From the NCBI GenBank assembly GCA_048881705.1, contig JBHLSH010000006.1:1-64000 (forward strand): a stretch of DNA of 64,000 nucleotides, read 5' to 3'. The DNA is from Candidatus Heimdallarchaeota archaeon (GTDB taxonomy: Archaea; Asgardarchaeota; Heimdallarchaeia; Hodarchaeales; Hodarchaeaceae). The translations under genes and the position numbers were made by a program. Below the pieces are notes generated by a model. That model saw nothing but the letters and a program-made list of their open reading frames with translations. It had not been told where the DNA came from and searched no databases. This document shows, piece by piece, positions 36,977-46,119 of this stretch; the stretch's first letter is position 1, and each line of letters begins with the position of its first letter.

Positions 36977-39760
36977 GTGGTAAGAGTATACACCGCAGCC
37001 TTAATAGATAAACCTCTACGCTCTATAAATAAGAATTTACAGAAAAAAATTACTTCTGATTTGAGAAAATCTCTAAAAGTTCGGGGTGATGCAGTAACTG
37101 GCCAGGAATTGAACACATTCCTCCTAGTTTCCGGCAGAAACGGAAAGAAGGGATTTACTCCGGAAATGATAGACAAGGTTGAAAAGGGAACCATTCAGAA
37201 AAGACTTAAACAGTATTACACCAGAAATGAGTCACGTTTTAGGAACCATATGAAGAATAATCAAGAGTTATATGAAACCTCGCAGGTAGTAAAGGAATTC
37301 ATCCGGGAGATTGATTCGTCGCTTCCCAGAAAGTTTGACCAACATTTAAAGAAAATTAACACGGATTTACCGGAAATTTTCTGCCAAGTTAGCATGAAGA
37401 GCTTTATTACATTATGGGAGATTGAGGAGAAAGAAGAATATCGTTTTAACCTATCTGGATTTGATTTTCCCATATTTACTGGAAAAACCAATGGAACCTC
37501 ATTCGATATAGGTGGGTTGGTAGATAAACTTCTCATCGTAAATTTCTTTGAGACTTTCTTAAATTCAACTCTCCAGCGATTGGATGAGATGAACCACGTT
37601 CTTGAACGCCTTGAGTACGAACTTGCCAAGCCACACTATCTGATTAAGAACGAAAAACTGCATGCCAAATTTTCCCTCTTTCTACGAATTCTGGTTGCGA
37701 AACTAAGCGCCCTACAAGAGCTAGAAAACTCGATCTTTCGTATCTTTAGTCTGTTTGACATACCGTACATGATTCTTCTTCAGTATCATTTCAAGAGCGA
37801 TTTTCTAGATTTAAATAACGAAATTGCCAGGATTTGTGAGGAGATAAATACAGGGAAAAATAAACTCAATGAGGTTGGGGAGCGAATTGATCGTTGTCAA
37901 TTATCCCTCCGAGATTATCTTGATGATGGTATTAATGGAGTAACTGTAACCAATTCTTTTCAAGTTTTCAAAGATGCCTTGAAACCACTGGCCGATTTAA
38001 GTATCGATTTATTTATAGAATCTGAGATGTTAAAACTTTGGTCGGATTATTTCGGCTCGGATATTCCTTATTTCAGTTTTAATGTGCAATTAGACGAGGA
38101 TACCGACACCGAGGAGGCTATTGAGATTGAAGATGATGTCATTTTAGCTGTTAGAGGGCTTTATAAGAACTATAACCTTGGTCGTACTACCGTTTATGCA
38201 GTGAGGGGAGTAAATCTCGATATTAAGGCTGGTGAGTTTGTCGCAATCGTTGGCAGTTCAGGCGCAGGCAAGACAACACTATTAAACTGTATGGCCAGTT
38301 TAGATACTCCTGATCATGGTGCCGTTTATTTTCGAGGGAAAGACTTACACCATATGAAAGATTCGGAGAAAGCAGAAGTTAGACTTCACGAAATGGGCTT
38401 TATCTTCCAGAGCTACGCTTTATTACCTCATTTTGACACTCGTGAAAATGTAACCCTTCCAGCAAATCTGGCAGGCGGACTAAGCAAAACTATCAGAACT
38501 CGAATTGAGAATCTGTTGGTTGGAGTAGGGATAAGCGAACAGGCAAAGCAATATCCTGCCCAATTGAGTGGAGGACAGATGCAACGGGTGGCAATTGCAC
38601 GAGCTCTTACTAATCAACCTACTATCATATTTGCTGATGAGCCCACGGGTGATTTGGATTCAGTAACTGGGATTCAAGTGATGGAATTGTTAAAGAAATT
38701 CCATGAGGAAACAAGGACGACGATTGTGATCATCACACATGAGGAAAGCATTGCTGGTTATGCGGAGCGGCAGATTATGATGGAAGATGGAATAATTACA
38801 CAGCGAAAACGGCCCGTTGATCAAGCTGGGCAGTCCATCCTGATGGAAAAGCCGCCAATCATTAAAACTGAGGCCGAACTACCTCCAATTTCGAACGAAA
38901 GAGTAAGCAGAATCGAAGAGAGGTTGGGGATGATTGAGAAGAAAAATATAGAACTATTGGGTAAGGTAGTGAAAGAGGTTCAAAAACAGTTAGATGAGGT
39001 AAGAGGCAAAATAGAAGTTCTTGGGGTCGAAACCAATAAAAAGCTGCTGGATCTGAGTACAAGATTTGAACAATTAAACACCAACGCCAGTAATTGGTCC
39101 TTTGCAATCAATGAGCAGATGGAATCATTTCGTGCTCAATACGTTCAAGCGCTGGAAGAGCTCCGGCAATCTACAATCAGATCAGCCGAAAAGGAAACCA
39201 TTCTTTCTCAAAAGTATACAGAGCTTGTCGGGCAACTAAGAGAAAAAGAACGTATGGCAATCGAAAAAGGTAATTTAAATAAAATAAGGCTCAGTGCATT
39301 ACAAAAGGAGATACAAAGGAAGGAATCAGACCTAGGGATCTATAAGGATAGATTAGAAGAGCTGGAGTCTGAAATAAAGGTAAAACAACAGCATATTGAT
39401 GAATCCGCTGAAATCAAAATGAAGACCGAAAACCTTGTAAACAACTACAGAAAGCTAAAGGAAGCTTATGATGATAAGAGTAGGGAAGTGACTCAATTAC
39501 AAGCTCAACTAGCAGCCGTGACTGAAGATACCCAGAAGATCGTCAAAAGCACCAATGCAATAAAGGCATTCCTCGATGAGAGTGATTCAGGTCGAATTCT
39601 GTATCAGCTGCTTAATTCTGAACGTATGACTCTGGATGAACTAGCGGCTCGGACAGAAATCGCAACATATACTGTTTACCAAATTGTTCAACATTTTCGT
39701 GAAATTGGTGTTGCTCAATACGATAATTCTACTCGTATAGTAACCTTGGTAAATAGATAG
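36977..39760 (+). CDS. Multidomain protein: N-terminal helical domain, LolD-type ABC ATPase, coiled coil, C-terminal winged helix
   Basis: Central GSSGAGKT / LSGGQMQR / IFADEPTG / ITH; ~230 aa of heptad-rich E/K/L/Q sequence; terminal GRILYQLL...MTLDELAARTEI....VYQIVQHFREIGV. GTG start after GGAGGA. Confidence 0.88.
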   Translation: MVRVYTAALIDKPLRSINKNLQKKITSDLRKSLKVRGDAVTGQELNTFLLVSGRNGKKGFTPEMIDKVEKGTIQKRLKQYYTRNESRFRNHMKNNQELYETSQVVKEFIREIDSSLPRKFDQHLKKINTDLPEIFCQVSMKSFITLWEIEEKEEYRFNLSGFDFPIFTGKTNGTSFDIGGLVDKLLIVNFFETFLNSTLQRLDEMNHVLERLEYELAKPHYLIKNEKLHAKFSLFLRILVAKLSALQELENSIFRIFSLFDIPYMILLQYHFKSDFLDLNNEIARICEEINTGKNKLNEVGERIDRCQLSLRDYLDDGINGVTVTNSFQVFKDALKPLADLSIDLFIESEMLKLWSDYFGSDIPYFSFNVQLDEDTDTEEAIEIEDDVILAVRGLYKNYNLGRTTVYAVRGVNLDIKAGEFVAIVGSSGAGKTTLLNCMASLDTPDHGAVYFRGKDLHHMKDSEKAEVRLHEMGFIFQSYALLPHFDTRENVTLPANLAGGLSKTIRTRIENLLVGVGISEQAKQYPAQLSGGQMQRVAIARALTNQPTIIFADEPTGDLDSVTGIQVMELLKKFHEETRTTIVIITHEESIAGYAERQIMMEDGIITQRKRPVDQAGQSILMEKPPIIKTEAELPPISNERVSRIEERLGMIEKKNIELLGKVVKEVQKQLDEVRGKIEVLGVETNKKLLDLSTRFEQLNTNASNWSFAINEQMESFRAQYVQALEELRQSTIRSAEKETILSQKYTELVGQLREKERMAIEKGNLNKIRLSALQKEIQRKESDLGIYKDRLEELESEIKVKQQHIDESAEIKMKTENLVNNYRKLKEAYDDKSREVTQLQAQLAAVTEDTQKIVKSTNAIKAFLDESDSGRILYQLLNSERMTLDELAARTEIATYTVYQIVQHFREIGVAQYDNSTRIVTLVNR

Positions 39761-40127
39761 TTCTCATAAGAGATAAGTTACTTATAATACGATTATCAAT
39801 CACGTTTCTTCTCCCCACACTCCAATGTTATTTCAGGTAGCCAATACAATGAGCTTCGCGTTGTCCGTTTCAATCGATTACTAGCGATCTTCTTCGTCTT
39901 CCAGGTGTCAAACTTATTTGGTGTTGTCCTCAGAGTGAGATTCCTGTTCAATCGGGATTGTTCTTCAAGTTAAGCTTCCTTGACTGATTTCTTTTCGTAC
40001 TTTATTGCTCCTTTCGATATTAATCACGAGCTAGCTTAATATCCAGTAGGAATCTTTGGGGAAATGCCTATTTAATTATAGATCTTTTTGATCCGCTTGA
40101 ATCCAGAGTTTTATCGGTGGTTAAAGC

Positions 40128-40946
40128 ATGTCATCATCAGAAAACAATCTTGGAAGTTATTATTATGTAGAATTTCCCATCAATCGACAGATCCTTAGTG
40201 ACCTGTATGATGAATTTCTTAGGAAACATTATTCCATAGGTTACCTGGAAGTAAGTGTTTCCAAAGCTAAAGAATTGATTAGCAAATTTGCAGTGAAGAC
40301 TGGGGAAAGAATTTCCTTCACCGGCTGGATTGTGAAGTGCATCAGTGATGCTGTCCTTCAGTTTCCAGAGTTTAATTCGTATCGAAAGGGCAGAAACAAA
40401 CTTGTAACGTTTGAAGACATTGATATTATCGTAATGGTGGAGCGTCAGGTACATGATAAACTTATTCCAGTTCCTTATTCGATTCGAAAGACCACAAAGA
40501 AAGATTTGTTGACTATTTCCAGGGAAATAAGAACAGCACAAAACATGGAAGTAACTGAGGAAAATCAGCTTCTTGACCAGGGAATCCTCACCAAACTATA
40601 CCCGTTTATTCCAGGAATTATTAGACGACGCCTGATTAGACGTATTCTTCGAAATCCTTTTTCTATTAAGAAACAAGGAGGGCTAATTGTAGTTACTTCG
40701 GTCGGTATGTTTACCAATACTCGGGGGTGGGTAGGCGGGTTCGGCGGGATAACGACGCTCAATTTTGCAATTGGTGGAATCACTCAAAAACTCGTTAAAT
40801 CTGGCGGTTCTATCAAAGAAGAACAATATTTGCAGATTACATTATCTCTCGACCACGATATTATTGATGGGGGTCCGGCTGCTCGTTTCTCAGCTTATTT
40901 AGTGAATTTATTTGAAAATGCAAGTGGTTTGAATGGATTAGTTTAG
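40128..40946 (+). CDS. Stand-alone 2-oxoacid dehydrogenase E2 acyltransferase catalytic domain
   Basis: ISFTGWIVKC, FPEFN, VTSVG and SLDHDIIDG (HxxxDG) motifs; no lipoyl or E3-binding domain. Confidence 0.88.
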   Translation: MSSSENNLGSYYYVEFPINRQILSDLYDEFLRKHYSIGYLEVSVSKAKELISKFAVKTGERISFTGWIVKCISDAVLQFPEFNSYRKGRNKLVTFEDIDIIVMVERQVHDKLIPVPYSIRKTTKKDLLTISREIRTAQNMEVTEENQLLDQGILTKLYPFIPGIIRRRLIRRILRNPFSIKKQGGLIVVTSVGMFTNTRGWVGGFGGITTLNFAIGGITQKLVKSGGSIKEEQYLQITLSLDHDIIDGGPAARFSAYLVNLFENASGLNGLV

Positions 40947-41183
40947 CATCAAATTCTATGCCCTCTTCGACCTATCTTTATCTGTTGGCAATAGCCCAAA
41001 TACCTGATTTTAGAAAAGGAATTTCCGAATTTAAACCTAAAACGCCTTCTTTTTAGATTCATCTAACTTTAAATTCAAGAAAAATTGTCATTGGATTCAC
41101 CTTAATTAGATATATCAAATTAGATACCGTAATACTGATATAACAATAAGGAAACTGCTGAATAGGCAAAAAGAGATGACACC

Positions 41184-41549
41184 ATGGTTGAAGTAGAAAT
41201 AACGCTTAGTTTTTTATGGGTCTCCATAATGTTTTGTTATTTATATGGGGATGTGTTTTCCATACTGGCTGGGGATTTTAAACCAGGTGAAATAGATGGA
41301 AAACCATTAAGCGAGTACATGGTTCTAGGAATGGCCATGATAATGACAATTCCAATAACTATGATCGTCCTAACCTTAGTATTGGATTACTCAATCAGTC
41401 GTTGGGCAAACATTCTCGTTTCTCTGGGCTATATCATTTTCAATGTGTTATCCCTTCGGAATTATCCAAGCTATGAAAAATTTACTCTGCTGGTATCCAT
41501 GGTATTTAATGTAACAGTAGTCTATCTTGCATTCACTTGGGCAATCTAA
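41184..41549 (+). CDS. DUF6326-like small 4-TM membrane protein
   Basis: LSFLWVSIMFCYLYGDV...PGEIDG...RWANI pattern; paralogue at 53246. Confidence 0.75.
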   Translation: MVEVEITLSFLWVSIMFCYLYGDVFSILAGDFKPGEIDGKPLSEYMVLGMAMIMTIPITMIVLTLVLDYSISRWANILVSLGYIIFNVLSLRNYPSYEKFTLLVSMVFNVTVVYLAFTWAI

Positions 41550-41554
41550 GGATT

Positions 41555-42226
41555 TTAGAAGAATTCAGATAATGTTGTTTTGGGGCTTTTCTTTTTTGCG
41601 GGTTTTATTGTAGCCGGCCCGTTATCCCCCTTACTCGGTAGTGTATCAACAATCCAACTATTCATCTCTCCCTCATACGGTTTAAGGATCGCTAATAACT
41701 CTTCTTGAGTTTTCTCATAATCGAGCCAAAAATCGACTAGTTTTTTATCAAAAATGACTGGCATTCTATGAAAAACCTTTTCAACAACGGGATGAGGTTC
41801 AGTTGTTAAAACTGCACACTTATACCTCATCCTGGTCTCCTCTTCATCAAAATAAGAATTATAAATACCAGCAATTCCGAATAATGGCTCATTTTTTAAG
41901 GAAAAGTAATATGGGATTCTTTCTTTACCCACTCGCTCCCATTCAAAAAAACCGTTTGCAAGAATAACACAACGTTTTTCCACAAAGGCTTTCCTAAAAA
42001 GCTTTTTTTCATGAACCGTTTCACTTCGGGCTTTATATGATTGAAAACCTTTTGTATAACCCCAATACATTCGAACTAGTTTGTATCCTTCTTCATTTAC
42101 AATTGCAGTTGCTCTGTTTGTTGGTTTAAGATTGTAATAAGGAAAAATCTCAAGGTTCCCTGGAGAAACGCCAAATGTTGATTCAATTTCATCTTTTGAC
42201 GCAAAAAAGGCAAATCTGGAAGGCAT
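41555..42226 (-). CDS. SOS response-associated peptidase (SRAP/YedK/HMCES) family protein with non-canonical N-terminus
   Basis: YNLKPT, MYWG, ARSET, RCVILANGFFEW, LFGIAGIY and HRMPVIF motifs; begins MPSRF instead of MCGRF. Confidence 0.88.
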   Translation of the reverse strand: MPSRFAFFASKDEIESTFGVSPGNLEIFPYYNLKPTNRATAIVNEEGYKLVRMYWGYTKGFQSYKARSETVHEKKLFRKAFVEKRCVILANGFFEWERVGKERIPYYFSLKNEPLFGIAGIYNSYFDEEETRMRYKCAVLTTEPHPVVEKVFHRMPVIFDKKLVDFWLDYEKTQEELLAILKPYEGEMNSWIVDTLPSKGDNGPATIKPAKKKSPKTTLSEFF

Positions 42227-42408
42227 AGGATTCGATTCGGCACCTGTTTTAAAAAAATGTTTTACGAAGCTTAAAATGGGGGACTCGTTAAGAATGCCTG
42301 AATTTTAACTGGAGAGGATAAGTCATCTACTCAAAGAATATTGATGGAGATACAATTACATTTCGGAAAGCGGATTTCGGAGATATTCCCTCTCTCATAA
42401 ATGTCTAC

Positions 42409-43227
42409 ATGGACTCACTGACCGACTTAGAAACAAGAATGAATGTTTCTCCTTCTCTGCCGTCTAAATCAGAGATGGAGAAATTCTATCGGCATGCCAT
42501 GTCAAGCGGGGACTTTTTTGTCGCACTTGCTGATAAGAAGATTATTGGATTCAGTGGGGCTATTATCCGAGACACATTATGGTTTTTATCAGCCTTTTGG
42601 GTTCTTCCTTCTTTTCAAAAAAGCGGTATTGGCTTTTCTCTTCTTGAACGCGTATATGAGAAAGGGGTCAGTCGTGGTGCGTCAGTTTTTTGTGTATATT
42701 CTTCTAGTGATTTTCCAGCATTAGCATCTTACATGAAAATGGGTATGTTTCCTGGCTACCCAGTTTTTTATTTTGAGGGAACTCCGAAAAGAGCTTCCTT
42801 TTCAGAAGCTAATTCACCTCGATCTGAGGAATTACAGGAAGGTATAGCCACAGAACTAGATTTAGAAATTCGAGGGGTTGATAGATTGACAGATCATAGA
42901 TATTGGAAATCATTAGGATCAAGAGCGGTTCAAATTGAAATTGAAGGCACAATGGCGGGATATTACTATGTTAGAGAGGGATTTATTGGTCCTGTGGTAA
43001 GTAAACAGTCCAAGGACATGGAATTATTACTTAATTTAGCTATAAAAGACGCTGTGGACTTTTCTCCAAATAAAAATATCACATTAATGGTTCCTGGTAT
43101 CAATCATCTTGCCCTAAAGTGGATCTTGAAGACTGGATTTAGAATCAGGTCGACTTCACATTTTTTGACATCAAAAAAGTTTGGAAACCTTACTAATTAT
43201 CTTCCCTCTGGCCCTGGTTTATATTGA
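42409..43227 (+). CDS. GNAT family N-acetyltransferase (two-domain)
   Basis: LSAFWVLPSFQKSGIGFSLL motif A; ASYMKMGM; second GNAT-like half. The reading frame stays open upstream to 42322. Confidence 0.85.
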   Translation: MDSLTDLETRMNVSPSLPSKSEMEKFYRHAMSSGDFFVALADKKIIGFSGAIIRDTLWFLSAFWVLPSFQKSGIGFSLLERVYEKGVSRGASVFCVYSSSDFPALASYMKMGMFPGYPVFYFEGTPKRASFSEANSPRSEELQEGIATELDLEIRGVDRLTDHRYWKSLGSRAVQIEIEGTMAGYYYVREGFIGPVVSKQSKDMELLLNLAIKDAVDFSPNKNITLMVPGINHLALKWILKTGFRIRSTSHFLTSKKFGNLTNYLPSGPGLY

Positions 43228-43253
43228 TTGATTAATTGGGTGATTTGATAGAT

Positions 43254-43715
43254 ATGAAGCTGAAAGGATTTGAAAAGTTACAGCAGAAATTACCAGGGTA
43301 CAGTGGCAAAAGGTTTGTCATTATACCACTGATTGGGCTTGTCTCTTTTATTTCGAGCTTTTTTTTCTTATTACTGAGCTATTGGATCCCCAGTTTTCTT
43401 CCCGATTATGAACTACTTGGTTTGGCTGAACCAATATTACCTATTGCTGGTCAAGTGGTCATATTAATGATAGGGTTTTTCCTAATCGCGCGAGTATGGA
43501 ATAGAAGACTGTTCCTACTCAAAAAACATAAGGAATTGGCATATCAGCGAGGAGTCATTTCAGGATTCATCGGCGTACCTTTTGTGCTTGCAACGGCACT
43601 CCATAGCTTATTCCCAATAGCTTTTTCCTGGGAACCAATAAATCCAACTACTGCTCAAATGTTCTTTTCACCATTCATATCAAACTTGATAAGTAAAAAA
43701 GATAAGGGATCTTGA
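43254..43715 (+). CDS. Membrane protein, possibly a truncated N-terminal part of an ICMT/PEMT-like methyltransferase
   Basis: MKLKGFEKLQQKLPGY N-terminus and 3 TMs; ends soon after the third TM. Confidence 0.55.
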   Translation: MKLKGFEKLQQKLPGYSGKRFVIIPLIGLVSFISSFFFLLLSYWIPSFLPDYELLGLAEPILPIAGQVVILMIGFFLIARVWNRRLFLLKKHKELAYQRGVISGFIGVPFVLATALHSLFPIAFSWEPINPTTAQMFFSPFISNLISKKDKGS

Positions 43716-43800
43716 ATTTTTCTATGCAAGTCGGATTTACATCATGGAATCATATCAATTCTTTCTGAATAATATCTTTGGGAACACCTTCCAAGCCATG

Positions 43801-44370
43801 CTAGACTTCCCAGATTGCAGATAAATTACTCTTCAATTCAGAATATCTATCTCTTAACCGTTCATTCAATGTTTCCATCTCCTCCTTAACAATTACAATC
43901 CATTTGAGTAATGATTCTAAAATGATCAAATCACGTTTAGCTTTGTCTAATTTTTTGGATTCTGAACTTAAGGTGCTTTTCCAGTGATCCCTAATATTGA
44001 TTAGCATATCATGTCTGTCAGGTAGGTTTTTGCTAAAATTAGTTAATTGATTGGTGAGTAATTCTAAAAATGTAGTTGGTTCGACATTATACTCCCATTC
44101 TAAAGAGCCAGGTTGGCGTTTTCTTCTGATTAAACCTAGATTTTCCAATTCTTTTACAATTCTACTGATAGTAGAGGGGTTGACTTTAAATTTCTTAATA
44201 AGACTTCTTTGGGTGATAATCTTTTTAGAGGTGTTAATAACACACAATCCATAGATACGACCTAGTAGAGGAGAATTACCACTGTCATACATGACATCTT
44301 CGAAGAAATTCATCATTTCTTCCTCAATATTTAAAATTTCATCAAGATTACCCTTACTTCGTGCATTCAA
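43801..44370 (-). CDS. GbsR/MarR family transcriptional regulator
   Basis: PLLGRIYGL...ITQRSL......STISRIVKELENLGLIRR winged helix plus C-terminal helical dimerisation region. Confidence 0.85.
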   Translation of the reverse strand: MNARSKGNLDEILNIEEEMMNFFEDVMYDSGNSPLLGRIYGLCVINTSKKIITQRSLIKKFKVNPSTISRIVKELENLGLIRRKRQPGSLEWEYNVEPTTFLELLTNQLTNFSKNLPDRHDMLINIRDHWKSTLSSESKKLDKAKRDLIILESLLKWIVIVKEEMETLNERLRDRYSELKSNLSAIWEV

Positions 44371-44440
44371 GGCATTTCACACGTTGAAAAATTTCCTTCC
44401 AATAGAAATATAAATTTATTGCAATTACTGGGAATTGAGG

Positions 44441-44463
44441 TTTTTGCAAGATTCTTGCAAAAA
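44441..44463. promoter_or_regulatory. Perfect 23-bp palindrome, probable operator between divergent regulator and amphi-Trp genes
   Basis: TTTTTGCAAGA-T-TCTTGCAAAAA; additional TTGCAA hexamers at 44419 and 44471. Confidence 0.7.
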
Positions 44464-44495
44464 CAAGGAATTGCAAAAAAAATTCTTGGTGATAA

Positions 44496-44765
44496 ATGAT
44501 GGAAAATGTGCTGTTAAAATCTGAAGATAAAAGATCCCGTTCTGAAATTGTTACATTCCTGAACGAAATCGCAATGAAAATTGATAGTGGTATGGTTAAG
44601 TTAGTACAGGGAGAACAGAGCTTAGAACTAGAAATTCCAGAGAATCTGACCCTTGAAATCAAAGTTGAAGAAAAAATAAAACCTAACCATCCTAAAAAGA
44701 TGCAATTAGAAATTGAATTAGAATGGTATGAAGGAGACAAGCGCGAATCTATACAACTTGGATGA
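44496..44765 (+). CDS. Amphi-Trp domain protein
   Basis: SRSEIVTFLNEIA....G.V.L......L.IP..LTLEIKVE.....LEIELEW signature. Confidence 0.88.
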   Translation: MMENVLLKSEDKRSRSEIVTFLNEIAMKIDSGMVKLVQGEQSLELEIPENLTLEIKVEEKIKPNHPKKMQLEIELEWYEGDKRESIQLG

Positions 44766-45182
44766 ATTTATTTTATGCATATCAGCATTCTAATTGAAGA
44801 ATTAAAGTAGGACATAAACAATTGGTCTAGACTCACAAAAAGTATAACCGATGTTTCAATTTTCCTCCCTTTAATCTTTTTTTAATACCTCAAGTAAGCT
44901 TTTTTCACATATTATGTTACTTCCAAACGTCTTCAAACAGTAATTTTGCGACATTGAAAACCTGCCCTTCAAAGAGTAAGTTAACGGAAAGCAAACAGGT
45001 TTTGCCATAGATGAATTTTTATTATCAAAAGCTAGTTAAATTAAATGGATAAGGAGATATTCTCATAGGGATTGGAAATATTCTTAGGGAAACAACGCTC
45101 TTAATCCTAACAAAATTTTTAAGGTTGGACAAGGATTAATTTAAATAATTGAAGTATCTATTCAATTTGGGAGTCTTCTATA

Positions 45183-46085
45183 ATGGAAGAAGTGGCACAA
45201 AGTGAGGAAATGACAGTAACCGCGAATAATATTACTTTAGTTTACGATACGTTTGGAAATTCCAGTAATCCTGCTTTATTGCTGATTTCGGGGTTGGGAA
45301 TCCAAATGATTCTTTGGGATGAAATTTTTTGTAAAGCCATTGCGGCCAGAGGGTTTTGGGTTATCCGTTTTGATAACCGTGACATTGGTTTATCCACTAA
45401 ATTTGATGAAGCTGGGGTTCCTGACCTGATGGAGTTAATACAGCGAGTTATGATGGGTGAACAGCCAGAAGTACCATATAGCCTTCTTGATATGGCAAAG
45501 GACGCGATTGGCTTATTGGATGCATTAAACATCGAATCTGCGCATCTTGTTGGGGCGTCAATGGGAGGAATGATCGCACAAATGATCGCTATACATTTCC
45601 CAAATCGAGTAAGAACTCTCACATCGATTATGTCAACAACAGGAAATCCCGAACTCCCTCAACCTGAACCCGAAGTATTTGGAATTCTCGTAAATAAACC
45701 TCCTGACAATCGCGATGGATACATTGAATATAGTGTTGAGATTTGGAATTTACTCAATGGGCCTTTCTATCCCTTAGATGAAGAATTGGTACGAATGAGA
45801 GCTGCTAAGATATTCGACAGAAGCTATTATCCTTGGGGAACTGGGAGGCAACTAGCTGCGGTGATAACATCTGGTAACCGGAATGAATTGTTGAAAAAGG
45901 TAGATATTCCTACCCTCATTATTCACGGTGAGATCGATCCACTAGTCCCCGTTGAAGGTGGAAAGGAAACTGCCGCAATGATTCCAAATTCGAAATTACT
46001 CATCATAGAAGGAATGGGTCACAACATTCCACTTCAAGTTGCACCGCAGATAATTGAAGCAATTTCAGACCATGCAGAGCATTGA
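45183..46085 (+). CDS. Alpha/beta fold hydrolase
   Basis: LISGLG, FDNRDIGLS, GASMGG, HGEIDP and GMGH motifs. Confidence 0.92.
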   Translation: MEEVAQSEEMTVTANNITLVYDTFGNSSNPALLLISGLGIQMILWDEIFCKAIAARGFWVIRFDNRDIGLSTKFDEAGVPDLMELIQRVMMGEQPEVPYSLLDMAKDAIGLLDALNIESAHLVGASMGGMIAQMIAIHFPNRVRTLTSIMSTTGNPELPQPEPEVFGILVNKPPDNRDGYIEYSVEIWNLLNGPFYPLDEELVRMRAAKIFDRSYYPWGTGRQLAAVITSGNRNELLKKVDIPTLIIHGEIDPLVPVEGGKETAAMIPNSKLLIIEGMGHNIPLQVAPQIIEAISDHAEH

Positions 46086-46119
46086 TTTCGCAGCCTTCAA
46101 CTAATTAAAAAGAAGAAAG

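Noticed and set aside
39790-39990. Stop-free minus-strand stretch after the ABC operon
   Set aside because: No good start, under 60 codons, no motif.
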